From Octopus bimaculoides (Eukaryota): a stretch of 64,000 nt of DNA. Under the pieces are notes generated by a model that worked only from the letters and a program-made list of their open reading frames with translations, was not told the origin of the DNA and searched no databases. The position numbers were made by a program, and so were the translations under genes. Positions 25,958-38,440 of the stretch are shown piece after piece. Location: contig NC_068985.1 of the NCBI RefSeq assembly GCF_001194135.2, positions 15,872,304 through 15,936,303 on the forward strand, in the 5' to 3' direction. How positions within the stretch are numbered: position 1 is the stretch's first letter; the number at the start of each line of letters is the position of its first letter.

Positions 25958-25985
25958 CACCACCACCGCCACCACCGCCATTATT
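25662..25985 (+). mobile_element. 5'-truncated SINE family 1 with compound trinucleotide tail (ATT>GTT>GTC>ACT>ACC)
   Basis: cgttctgggttcaaattccaccgaggtcgacc...ggtcgataaattaagtaccagt...ttgtgccattagtagaaaggattatt followed by repeats. Confidence 0.85.
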
Positions 25986-26720
25986 TTTATTGTTTTCTCT
26001 ATGTCAGAGTTATTTAGTATGACCAAACACAACTTTAGTTATGACACGACACCAGATTGACCAAAATATCTTTCCTCCATGACAACACATTTATTGTAAA
26101 GTCAGCCATCTGCCATTCCGTTTCTACTAAATTTCCGACAACAATCCTCTTCGTTAAGCTTCATTATAGCGAGCATCATTTAAACAAAATGATGTACAGA
26201 TGTACGTTGATGAATTATACAGAGAATAAAGTGTAATGACACATGCATACGGTATTCAAAAATATGTTGAGAATCACGCACGCAGACACATAGAGACGTG
26301 CATAGAATAGACACATACAGCACAGAAACGCATACACACACATATACACGTATATACGAACACACAGACACACAGACGCACACGTACACTCACACACACA
26401 TACACACACATATATACCTACGCACGCGCGCAAAAAAAAAAACAAGAAATTGACTTCAGATGGATTGTCAAAACATTTCCATTTTACATCATCTAAACAC
26501 ACGAGGATTGCGTATGCGTGTTTGCATGTCTATGTGCGTGCGTGTGTGTGTGTATTTGTACGTGTGTCTGTCAGTGCGCGCGTGTGTGTGCGTGAGTGTG
26601 TGTGTGTGCCAGCGTGTGTGTATACGCACGTATATGCGTATACATACATCAACGTATAGGTACATACAAGTACCTATACATACATACATACATACACACT
26701 CACACATCCTGTTTAAAAAA

Positions 26721-26870
26721 ACACACTCACACACTTACATATATTCGTTTTGAAATACACACTCACACACATTCGTTTTGAAACACACACTCACACACAT
26801 TCGTTTTGAAAAAAATACACGCACACATATTCGTTTTGAAAACACCCTCACACACATTCCTTTTGAAAAA
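26721..26870. repeat. Minisatellite, about 28-bp unit x5 (CA-rich spacer plus ATTCGTTTTGAAA)
   Basis: attcgttttgaaa at about 26743, 26771, 26799 and 26829, with a variant at 26856. Confidence 0.9.
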
Positions 26871-29800
26871 AATAACCAACAGAAATATTTTTTGTTGAAG
26901 TTTCAGAACTGTTTCTCTTCAGAATATTCCCAAATAATGAATGAGATGTACTCTAGCATTCGTATCAGTGCGCGCACACACATACACACTCACACACACA
27001 CAAACGAACGCGCACCTGCATACATTTAATCATACACCCACCCACCCACACACACGCACACACACATGTATATATATCTATCAATATATATATCTATCAA
27101 TANNNNNNNNNNNNNNNNNNNNNNNNNNNNNNNNNNNNNNNNNNNNNNNNNNNNNNNNNNNNNNNNNNNNNNNNNNNNNNNNNNNNNNNNNNNNNNNNNN
27201 NNNNNNNNNNNNNNNNNNNNNNNNNNNNNNNNNNNNNNNNNNNNNNNNNNNNNNNNNNNNNNNNNNNNNNNNNNNNNNNNNNNNNNNNNNNNNNNNNNNN
27301 NNNNNNNNNNNNNNNNNNNNNNNNNNNNNNNNNNACATGAGTATATATATGTATTTATACACACACGCACATATTCCATTTGCATTCATTAACGATACTA
27401 TAAATTAAAATACCGTTACTTACCAGCGGTTATATTTGAGGAACTCATCGTGTCTCCTTTTTATGCACATCAATAAAAAAAAATCAAGCTGGTAGAACAA
27501 ATATTACTAGCCTTGCTGTGGCGGGAAGCAACTTTCTCAATTGTAATATCTCCTGAGCAGTACATTCAACAGTTAGTTGTATGCGCTTGCGTAATTATGT
27601 TCATGTATCACCAGTGCTTTATAGTATATATATTTCTTCTGTAGTTATCTCTATATGTATGAGCGCTCATGTATATCCTTATGCATGAGACTGTGTGCGT
27701 TCTCTCTAACTGTACGATTATATGCGCGGTGGTTCCTCTGCGCGTCTGTCAAATGTCTATACTTATCAATGCATTTATCGGTACGTGTGGTCCATAGATC
27801 TGATGATTTTTGCTACTGAATCTAATAAATTTTTATTGATTGATTCGTTTATTTCTTTTCTTACTTTTCATTCGAGATTTTAATCAACGTCGTGGAGCGC
27901 TTTCACAATAATGTTATATTTAGTTGGTCAAAATTGGAGTTTTAACAGTATCGCTAAGGGTTTCATTCAAAGTTGTAGTTAATCCAATGTATTTTTTGGT
28001 AGAGTTCTCAGAGACAAAAAAACAAAAAAAAAAAAAAATTAAGCATTACATTTTACGTGTTTTAGCTTAAAAAAATACTATCGATTGACTGAAGCGGTAA
28101 TGAAATATTTCGATATATCTCACTTATTAGAACCAATGTATGATTACACCTTTCATAAAGATATAAAATCGTATAATGTTGGGGGAGAAAAAAAATCCCA
28201 CCTCAATTCTTTCTTCACCTTTCCCTCCTGTCTTTTTATCTGGTGTTTTTCTCCCTACAATATGACTATATATTATACCAATGTACTAATATATGCAGGA
28301 ATCTCAAATGTTGTCGCTCTGTTCTTAAACTCAATATACGCTTTCAACTTTTCCTATTCGACAGCAAGTTTACGGCAGCAACAGTCCTGCCACTGCTGTA
28401 GTGAACCTTTGTGAATGGATTTATTCGCCCGCTGCAGCAGCAGTAGCAGCAAGAAAACAGCAACAGAACAGCAACAGCTGTTGTAGCGACAGCGGCAGCA
28501 GCAGAATGCCTGCCTGTTTCAATCAGTTGGCTGTTAATGGTATAGATAGCATTCGGTTAACTACAGTAGTAGAGGTAGAAGTAGTAGTAGAAGAAGTAAG
28601 ATTCAACAAACAGTAACTGCTACTGTCTTTATAGCATGTAGCAGGGAAAATCGGTTCAGAATCAAAGAAAATAACATAAACAGAAAACGAAAGCACGTGA
28701 AAGCAGAAAAAGAAAAATGACGAACGTCAACAAAGATGAATAATATTAGTGCGTGAAACTAAACTGAATTTGATGGAGGTTTCCTAGGAAAAATTAGTAA
28801 GCCTTACTAGCACCGCCAGTGCAACAACGTACGTACTTTTGGGACAGCTTTAATGGTTTATTTAAAGTATCTTTACTGGAAACAAAAAGGGAAATGAGAA
28901 ATCACAAAACGTAGATTAAACTTCTGTAGAAACTTGGGTTGCTCGTGTTTGTTGTTATTTAAGCCTAGGTGATTTCTTATCAAGTATATCAATCTTTAAA
29001 ACAACATTCTAACCGCGACTGTCATGTCTTACCTACGTCTATGTCTTGAGTTTGTTGTATAGGTTTATCAGTGATTACAAAGTGTCTTTTTTTCTAATTA
29101 AAGATAGCAGCGTGTAATTTGAGGGAGATGCGGCTGCTATTACTACTAGGTTAAATAACGATCATGACTATGCTACCTCACTACCTCGTGATCATGTTTA
29201 TACTATCAAGAGGTACGTCATATGACTTAAATTACTCTGTCTGCATTATCAACAGGTAAAATATGCTATCCAGTCTACTACCTGCTACCGAGTATGTGGC
29301 TTCTAACAGGCTTCACAAGTGTCCGACGTACTTCATACTGAAAGCGTAAACAAATCCAGAATCGAATCAATAACTGAATATATTAAATATCTGTCTCTAG
29401 GCCAAATAAAATTGTCGCTTCTGTACTCGGAGTAAGACTTTAAACATGGCCTGATCTACGTAATATTTGGGATGTATATAATATGAAACCGAACCGAGTG
29501 TGTTACGTCACTAAGTTATAACCTGAGAGTAGTTTTGGTTGCGTGCAGTGCTAACACCAAAACTCGTCACCGACGAAATAATACGACAGCTATAGTGATA
29601 TTCGTCTAACCCTACCAACCTGTTATTAAGCGAACAAGATAATTGCTTGATATCTTTTAATCAGAAGTATCTAAATTAAGAGTATCAATCAGAGTCATTG
29701 TTTCAGAGATGAGGTCAGCAGAAGCCAGCCCCTTCTTTTGACCACACCCATTTAAAGTGTTGCAGACAATACGCTAAACCGAAGAAACAAAAGTCAGTTT

Positions 29801-30379
29801 GGTAGTGCTACTTCTGCTTACAACAGTGAATGATGTACATATTACAGAAAATGTAGAGGGTCATTAGAATAAAGTGACTTAGTCATTGACCAAATATAAT
29901 CCAGCTCCCCTGGTTTCCTTGGTCATCTGGGGTTTTAATATAACTAGTTTCAGATATTTTGTAATGTAGACGGGAAATATATTTCCTTACAGAATATAAT
30001 ACAAGAAAGATAGTTTACTATTTCCTTTGAATAGATTCAAAACAGTTTTTTCTCTTCTATTTTTTTTCTTTTTACAAGAGTAATAGAGTCAAAAGATCTG
30101 TAATTTGAATGTAGACCAAAGTGGTTATTAATATATGATAAAACAATCAGTCAAGCAAATAATGAAAGGTCAACATTGTTACCCTTAACATAGAGTCATA
30201 CCGTGACTTGGATTCGACCTCTTGTTGAATCTAAGGTAGCTAAATTATAATAGGAACAATAATGCTTAAAAATCTAGTAGCTCATTAGAAAACTACCACT
30301 TGGGAAAGTATCTTCTATAATTTTTTTATAAAAGCCTTATGAATGAAATTTGGAAGATGGAAACTGTATAGAAGATTGT

Positions 30380-31760
30380 CGGTAGAACTGCTCCTGTTCT
30401 TTTGTGGCAGACTTCATCATCTAGTGTAACAGCACCATACATCCTTCAAGGCATTTAGTGGAGTTACCTCTGTTGCAGGCATTCAGATCAGGTCTCCGGA
30501 CCGAAGATAATTTCCTCCCTCATCTCACCGATCTGTGACGCTCTGAAAAGAATCCTGGACGCTACACTACTCTTTTGACAGAAATAAGTTTCTTCAGGCT
30601 TATGGTACTTATTGTATGCTCAAAGGTAGGCACTGGATATATTTTGAATATCTCGCTGTCATACTCCGAGTATGTCACAAAGTTGCAATCATCGGAATAC
30701 AGCTAAATGTGAACTAGAGTTCTAGACTATTCAGATCCAACTGTTTACCTGCTGTGTGATAGCGAACATAGATGACGACATCCCAGTTATGAAATTCATG
30801 AACAATCATGACTGCAAAGCAAATGTAGACTAAAATTAGCGTAAATCTGTCCCCTTGTTTAACGCAATTGTTCACAGGAATCGGTTCTGGTAGTGCACAT
30901 TCTGAGATAAAGTAGGCCTTCATACAGGTGTGCATTTGGACAAAGAAACAAGGTGGGTACATGAACTCTCGGCAATAGATTTTTAATCCTGTGTCAAAAT
31001 CATTCGTTGGTCCATAAAAACTTAGTAAAGGAGGAATTCCTGTTTTATGCACTTTTGCAACTGTCTGACGCTAAAGATGTGCGGTGCCTGACCTGTAACC
31101 ACATTTAGACTCTGGGACAATGACAGAGAATATGTATGACTGCAGATGATTCAGTGAAGTCTGGAGAGTATCATACCAAAAGTTACAAGTAAGAAAATAC
31201 CATGTGTGCTACCACAGTTTAATGTGACACTTTTTCCATTGCACATAACTACAGCTCTACAATCTTGTAGAAATGGAGAACAAACTACACGTTGGTAAAC
31301 ATTGTGGTCACAAACTCAACCTCACCATCTCTAATAATCTCTCAGTTGGTGTGATATCTTTTATTTCGACTGTTTAATGGCAATTTTGACTTTTGCGTTA
31401 TGATTACTGGCCATTTTTTTTATAGTACTGTGCTGCGGTAGGTCTTCTATAAACATTCTCATCTATTATGGACGGACTGAGATGAAAAAGAATATATAAC
31501 ATGCTTTGTCCGTCGCTTCAGAAAATCTTTCGTATCATTGATCAAAGTGGATCTATCTTTGGAATGGAAAGGAGAAGTAATTCATTAGCCAGGATCAAAT
31601 ACCTGTTTAACAAAATCTACACTGTTTTAAGAGGCTTTTTTTATGTTTGTTAAAGGCCAGTTGAATTCTTCCAATTATCACGTTTCCTCTCTGATGTCAA
31701 TTTTCTCTGTAAAGTTGATTTATGGCGCATCAACAATTTCTTCGCCTTCAAAAGTTTTCT
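30380..31760 (-). mobile_element. Decayed RTE-clade (BovB-like) LINE ORF fragment
   Basis: PFHSKDRSTLINDTKDFLKRRTKH...SPSIIDE resembles PLLSADGSTLITDK.KILERWAEH...RPSSIND; PPCFFVQMHTCMKAYF..ECALPEPIPVNNCVKQG..IYVRYHTAGKQLDL resembles P.KFV...HDGM.A....G..SEPFPV.NGVKQG..IYIRYRTDGKLFNL; also TISLKK and LDDEV. Confidence 0.85.
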
Positions 31761-32202
31761 GAATAAATTAGAAATAATTTCTGGGGTAATTTATGTTTGG
31801 TGCCTAAGACCTCAGATATATCTGAATTATTTTCATCGATTCATTTGTTTTTTCATTCATTTATTTGTTAATATAATTTGGTTTAATATATTTCTTCTGT
31901 TGTACTCAATGAAATATGGTTTAAATCTTGGATAATAATGCAAGAAATGTTTCTATGGTATTTTGGGAACAATTGATTAAGCATAATACAAGAAAGATCT
32001 TTCATCGCGTCTTTTTCTTTCGGACATCCCATGTCTTTGAAAGACTTCTTGTGATGTAGATGGGACCTGTTGCAGTTTAACCCAGCTTCCGCGGATTTAA
32101 CTGTTTCAGATACACCAATATCTTTATACTACACTTGCTTATTTTTTTTTTTTGCCGTGAAAAGTAGTTTGCACTCAATGTTAAATCGGTTATAAGTTTC
32201 AC

Positions 32203-32541
32203 TCTTCTTCTTCTTCTTCTTCTTCTTCTTCTTCTTCTTCTTCTTCTTCTTCTTCTTCTTCTTCTACTCATCATCATCATCATCATCATCATAATCATCA
32301 TCATCCTTGTTGTTCTCCTCTTCCTCCTCTTTCTCCTCCTCCTCCTCCTCCTCCTCCTCATCATCATCATCATCAGAATCATGCTTGTTGTCGTCGTCGT
32401 CGTCGTCGTTGTTGTTGTTGTTGTTGTTGTTGTTCTTCTTCTTCTTCTTCTTCTTCTTCTACTCATCATCGTCTTTCTTCTTCTTTTTCTTCTTCTTCTT
32501 CTTCTTCTTCTTCTTCTTCTTCTTCTTCTTCTTCTTCTTCT
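32203..32541. repeat. Compound trinucleotide array CTT-ATC-CTC-ATC-GTC-GTT-CTT-ATC-CTT
   Basis: Direct reading. Confidence 0.95.
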
Positions 32542-32577
32542 CAACTTCTTTATTTTTTTTTAACATTTATATTCTGT

Positions 32578-32730
32578 ATTGGCAAAATCGTTAGAGTGGC
32601 GAATAAATTATTTTACAGAATTTCAACTCCTGCTTGAGGTTGACTTTGCTATCCATACGAGATCGGTAAAATATCAGAGCCGATAATATCAACAATTACT
32701 TCTCCACAAATTTATTAATCTTGTGTTTAT
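32578..32730 (+). mobile_element. Highly degenerate SINE family 1
   Basis: ttggcaaaatcgttagagtggcgaataaa...gaggttgactttgc...gatcggtaaaat. Confidence 0.55.
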
Positions 32731-33055
32731 ATAACAAATCAATATGCATCGTGCATTTCGTGTGAAGTAACTTCGTTTAATGTAAGTCTCAGATCAGCCA
32801 ATCACTGCATTTCACATGATGACAGTGACAAGGGAATCTCTGTGCAAATCAGTATAATAAGGTTACCAGGATATTTATGTTCGGTGCATTAGTTTTATAG
32901 GCAATTATGTGTAGATTTCACCGATAGAAACACACACACACACACACACACACATACACACACACACACACGCACACGCATACACACACATACGCACACA
33001 GACGCACACAGACGCACAAACACACATCGACGCACAAGCACACAAACACAGACAC

Positions 33056-33370
33056 ATTAGAAATTACGATAAACAAGCGTTTATATTACTAGTTCCTACG
33101 TATGTTTCACCGTTGTGGTTGTTTAGAACTCTGCGTTGGATGTTTCAGGTGCAATCAGATGCTTAACCACAACCGATCATCAAGAGAACACTTTCTTGCA
33201 TTATGTTACAGAGACCTAATATCCTAATTCTCTATAACAACCGATGATCGGTTGTGGTTAAGCATCGGATTGCACCTGGAACATCCAGTACAGAATTCGA
33301 AACACAACCACAACAGTGAAACATACGTAGGAACCAGTAATATAAACTTTTGTTTATCGTAATTTCTAAT
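33056..33370. mobile_element. Foldback element (family A): about 126-bp inverted arms (33056-33181 and 33243-33370), each with a decayed hammerhead-like motif
   Basis: attagaaattacgataaacaa...gttcctacgtatgtttcaccgttgtggtt...gcttaaccacaaccgatcatc pairs with gatgatcggttgtggttaagc...aaccacaacagtgaaacatacgtaggaac...ttgtttatcgtaatttctaat. Confidence 0.9.
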
Positions 33371-33383
33371 ATATATATAAATA

Positions 33384-33423
<40 letters not shown>

Positions 33424-33521
33424 TGTGTGTGTGTGTGTGAGAGAGTGTGTGTCTGTGTGTGTGTAATATTCTTTCTATAAACATATATACATATATAGAT
33501 TGTGTTCTTTATACATACATG

Positions 33522-33553
<32 letters not shown>

Positions 33554-33611
33554 ATATATTCTTTATATATTTATATATANNNNNNNNNNNNNNNNNNNNN
33601 NNNNNNNNNNN

Positions 33612-33649
<38 letters not shown>

Positions 33650-34539
33650 TATTCTTATATATTTTGTGTATATTTTGTAATTTCATATCTTAGCTTAGTC
33701 GAAAAGCTGTTTACTCCGCGGTTCAACGCGTACCTTGCTAGCCGGGTGTGTCATATGTGTATTGAAGTCAAAAGAAGAGCTCGTAATCACCCCATAGAAA
33801 GGACCACTGTACGGGATTTCTAAGATCACATCCTTCACGAGGTATCCCTGTTTCTAACTGGACATAGAGGATTTTGGGGTGTAAACCCTGGTTAAAAATC
33901 ATACTTTTCTGTGGCTAGCAACAACTCTAGAGGCATATATCAACATATCAAAATCATGGCAGAAAATACCGTGGTTTCGAGGAGGAACTTTGTTGTGCAC
34001 TGGAGAGCACCGTCGCTCAAATGTGTTGAGCACCATTGTAAAAGGAAAAACTCAAGAAACATGGCAAATGTGAATGCAAGTTATCCTATGTATTTATACC
34101 GCTGGTAAGCTTTGAAGCATTCAAAAGGTGGGTATGGTGCAATCACTCTAAATATAAGCTCGCTCAATTTACTTTGGAAATGAACGATTACCATAAAAAC
34201 TATTACTTCTTGAAAGCCCACTGGCAACAGGGGAATGGTGAGACATACAAGTTTAACAGATTGGAAGTATGTAGCTTCGAACCTGTTCATTAGTTGTCCA
34301 ATAGACATCATAATGTCGTTTTACACGTCAAAGAAAATAGTGACAGCAACTCGACAGCGTACTTGACAACTAATCAGCCAACTAAAGACAGCACTGTTTG
34401 TTCACAATGTGAGAGGGAACTAGAAAATGTGTTCTAACAAATGCTTACTTCACTGCAAACTGATCGGCAACGCCACGTCAGATGGTTGTTCGTTTTTAGC
34501 AGTGACAAAACAAAGAGAAGACAAGCGGCAACACTAAAA

Positions 34540-34800
34540 AATAAATACATTGGCAGCGTGAATGTGAAGGCTGGTTATTGGAATATTCGCACCTTACTTG
34601 AGTCAGAAAGAGGTATTGATATTCATATTCAGTATGCATCATAGAAAAGGATTCAGCATGCATCATACATAACGAAGAGGAAGCAAGCAGCAGCATCAAA
34701 AGCTGCCGACAAAAGTAGTCAATCTGAAATGTGTTGAAGAATCTGTCTTTCTCTTTCTGGTTTCAAGAGTCACATGAGAACCACGTGTGTAGTATCCTCA
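34540..34800 (+). mobile_element. Internally deleted RTE-like element (endonuclease N-terminus joined to C-terminal zinc-finger end)
   Basis: KAGYWNIRTLLES resembles the AP-endonuclease start (G.WNVRTL); it is followed within about 60 bp by EKRIQHA..KRKQ...EMC*RICLSLSGFKSHMRT (C-terminal CCHH-like). A second GKGLKSKVGMKSHL motif lies at about 34812-34880. Confidence 0.55.
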
Positions 34801-34964
34801 GCAACTCAGTTTGAAGTGCAACATGGGTGGAAAAGGGTTAAAGTCGAAAGTTGGCATGAAAAGCCATCTACCAAGTCATGCAAGGAAAGAGGCAGAAGAA
34901 ATTACAAAACGTCATAAAGAAGCATGTATGTATGTATGTATATATGTATGTATGTATGTATGTA

Positions 34965-35470
34965 TTGTTCAGTTTTATTTCAAGATTTCTTACCAATAGC
35001 GAAAGAGCCAGTTTCTTACGTAGATCTAAGGCTTCTTCATTGGAATTTCAACATCAACAACAGGGTATTTTTGCTTGTTTGTATGTAAACTTGTATGTAT
35101 GTATATGTGCAGATTTGTATGTTTTTTTTCATGTATGTCTCCTCATGCCATGCATATACATGCATATTTAGACATGGTCATATATATATATATATATATA
35201 TATACATACACAGTTTCTCTTCTCTATCCCAAATCATTATATCAGGTTTGTTGTGTTTACACTTCATTGAGATTTTCACTGGGACATTCCACCAGTACTC
35301 CTTTTTATTATGAGTGGCTATGGCTTCTACCATATTGTGGGTTCTTATTATCCTTCCGACGGATTTCATTATAGAGTGTCCTAGCTGCAACATCATATCT
35401 CATCGGTAGACAATACCCTAATGACATTTTCGGACAACTGCTTATGATTTGCGTGATATCTTCAGTATGT
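34965..35470 (-). mobile_element. Dong/R4-type LINE fragment (zinc knuckle, REL endonuclease start, putative 3' UTR)
   Basis: EDITQIISSCPKMSLGYCLPMRYDVAAR...EYWWNVPVKISMKCKHNKPDIMIWDREEKLC (35470-35200); 34965-35180 matches 52320-52545, which follows a Dong C-terminus. Confidence 0.85.
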
Positions 35471-36213
35471 ATGTAGGTGGGTAGGTGGGTAGGTATTTAT
35501 CTATATATATGTATGCTTATATGTATGTACGTACCATAAACTCTGCAACTAATCTTTTCACGATTAATTGGAAGCATGTATGCTTCTGTTAGAAATAATT
35601 GATTGAATGATATTAAGTTAAAATATAAATGACCCTGTAAACCTTAAGTGGGTTATGGGTTAAAATTAAATCCAAGATTTACGTATCAGAATCCAACGGC
35701 CTAAAATGACAGCTTCGTAGAGTGAGCTAGGTCAAATGGAAATTGAACGGGTGTCTGCAGGAACCAGCTCACCAGAAGATTAGCATCATTCCTCAGCTCT
35801 CGTATAATGCAAGGCTACAGCAATGATAATGTAATATAAATCATATGCATAGAATAGCACATCAATTATTTAGTGAGAAGTCAGCTGAAAGCCAGTGTCC
35901 CGACAGACTGATACGTAGTAAATATTTAAAAACCTAAAACGAATGAACATAATGGGAATTTATGGAGCCTCGTCATAAAAGCGTGTTCCAAAGGAAAGTT
36001 GACAATAGAACCTACCGGGAAGAATAGTAACAATATTTGACAAGTTAAGCTATATAATAAGTGCAATTCAACAATTAGGCCGGACTCTCTGAATGATGAA
36101 TGTGCGAATATGGAAGTAAATAACAGTGGCACCAAACACACTCAGATTCATACGATCACGTCTGTCTGTCTGTATGTATGTATGTATGTATGGTTATGTG
36201 TACACACACACAA

Positions 36214-36252
<39 letters not shown>

Positions 36253-36584
36253 AACGTATGTGTTCAAATTTGTTTTCATGGGTTGATGGGAAAAAAACGG
36301 AAAGGCACAAGTACCTTGCATGGCATCCTTGGCTTGTGAGGTAAACGAGAAGAAAAAAAAAACCTTTCTAGGGTTATCTTCTGAGTGAAGGCCCCCTAAT
36401 TGCTTAGAACATACAGCACTTTGCTATAGACATCCAGAGTGCTGGAGGAAAAGTTGATGCTAAACCGTAACGGATTAAGTCTACTGTGAATGGATATATA
36501 CAGCCGGTCAGACGGTTCCTGCTTACAAAAGTTCGGATACAAGCTAAGCATAAAAATCTATCCACGCACACACACACACACGAG

Positions 36585-36638
<54 letters not shown>

Positions 36639-36654
36639 CGTGTGCTGAAATCTC

Positions 36655-37040
36655 AAGAAGCTTTCTTTGTATTGTTGCAGATTACAGGATAGCATATTTC
36701 TGAAGGTCGACAATGTGAGTTTCAATTTCAGTATCTTTGAGTCTCTTATCAAGCAGTTTGTTGAGTGGCCCCTGTTGGCACTGGAACACTTTTTACTTTT
36801 ACCTCTCCATCTCTCCTGCTGGATCCTGACGTTTCTCGGTTTTCACAATTTTCTTGGTGCACACTATACTGCCATATGGTTTTAATAAAATCTATGACTT
36901 TTACAGATTTGTCTCGGATCTGTTCTGTTTTCTTTCTATCATATTTGGTCTCTTCGATTCAACAGTATGGTCAGTTTCTATGGAGAAATCCAATACAATT
37001 CTGTAATTATTATCCAACATCACAGCTTTTGGCTCATGTG
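36655..37040 (-). mobile_element. Dong/R4-type LINE 3' coding end (different subfamily)
   Basis: HEPKAVMLDNNYRIVLDFSIETDHTVESKRPNMI...KVIDF..PY...EKRQD...VKVKSVPV..GA...KRLKDTEIETHIVDLQKYAIL*SA.I.RKLLE: PD-(D/E)xK REL C-terminus pattern. Confidence 0.8.
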
Positions 37041-37742
37041 TTGCTATTATTGTTGTTGCTATTATTGTTGTTGCTATTATTGTTGTTATTTATGTATTTA
37101 TTAATAGTCTCAACTTTAGTTCCAAGTTCAATCTACGCGAGAATTGAATGTCTTTTAACCCACTAAAGAAGATAAATATCGACTTCAAAGAAACCTGACT
37201 TAACTTCATTATCGAGCCGCTACATAGATTACAAAGACCGCTCTAGGCTTCTAACTACACATCTATTGCTAATTCTGCATAAAGTAGTTTCATTGTGAAA
37301 CTTTTCGTTGTCCATCTTCAGTAATTTACGACCAAAGTGCAATAATGATTATGAATAATTTTGCGTAATCTGTGGCGAGATCCATAGAAAGTGTAAGCTT
37401 CTGGCAAGGAGACACTAAGATTTAGTGACAACTTTCATTTGGTTTCAGTTTATTTAACTTACGTTGTTGCATGATTATTTTGGTATCACCACTATCATTT
37501 TCAAAGTTTTCTACTTCCTCTAAACAACGTGATTTTTGTAGTACATGAAAAAGATATCAAGATATCAAGATATCAAGATACTGGTGCAAATAGAAAACCC
37601 AGCAATACAAAGCTTTCATAATAATTGCATTTAGGAAAAGAAGAGCAGTTAATTTTTAATGGCAAATCGATGACCTCCATTCTTAAATCAAAACAAACAA
37701 TAATAACTAATGCAACCGGCATCAGATATAAATATATATATA

Positions 37743-37951
37743 CGCGATGGGATGCTGAAAAGTTCCTTTAAGGGTGTCGCGAAAGGCCTGGTTGGAGGCC
37801 CAATCTTCCGAGTTCTTTTATAGGGCTTAGAAAAATTGATGGATCGCTGCAATAAGTGTGTAGATCTTAGAGGGGAATATGCTGAATAAAATCATGATCA
37901 ACTGATCTTGTATTTTCTTTTACCCAGTCATAAACTTTTCAGCACCTCTTC
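37743..37951 (+). mobile_element. Mariner-derived MITE (about 210 bp)
   Basis: TA flanks; TIRs gatgctgaaaagtt / aacttttcagcacc; internal GLEKLMDRCNKCVDLRGEYAE* is a mariner C-terminus. Confidence 0.85.
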
Positions 37952-38394
37952 TATATATATATATATATATATATNNNNNNNNNNNNNNNNNNNNNNNNNN
38001 NNNNNNNNNNNNNNNNNNNNNNNNNNNNNNNNNNNNNNNNNNNNNNNNNNNNNNNNNNNNNNNNNNNNNNNNNNNNNNNNNNNNNNNNNNNNNNNNNNNN
38101 NNNNNNNNNNNNNNNNNNNNNNNNNNNNNNNNNNNNNNNNNNNNNNNNNNNNNNNNNNNNNNNNNNNNNNNNNNNNNNNNNNNNNNNNNNNNNNNNNNNN
38201 NNNNNNNNNNNNNNNNNNNNNNNNNNNNNNNNNNNNNNNNNNNNNNNNNNNNNNNNNNNNNNNNNNNNNNNNNNNNNNNNNNNNNNNNNNNNNNNNNNNN
38301 NNNNNNNNNNNNNNNNNNNNNNNNNNNNNNNNNNNNNNNNNNNNNNNNNNNNNNNNNNNNNNNNNNNNNNNNNNNNNNNNNNNNNNNNNNNNNN

Positions 38395-38440
<46 letters not shown>

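Noticed and set aside
25366-26060. Poly-N/V/D/T/L ORFs (also 32077-32594)
   Set aside because: They are stop-free readings of compound trinucleotide repeats beside SINEs, with no splice or domain support.
26721-26870. Constant repeat with variable spacers resembling a CRISPR array
   Set aside because: The repeat is only 13 bp, the spacers are near-identical CA runs, there are no cas genes and the context is eukaryotic.
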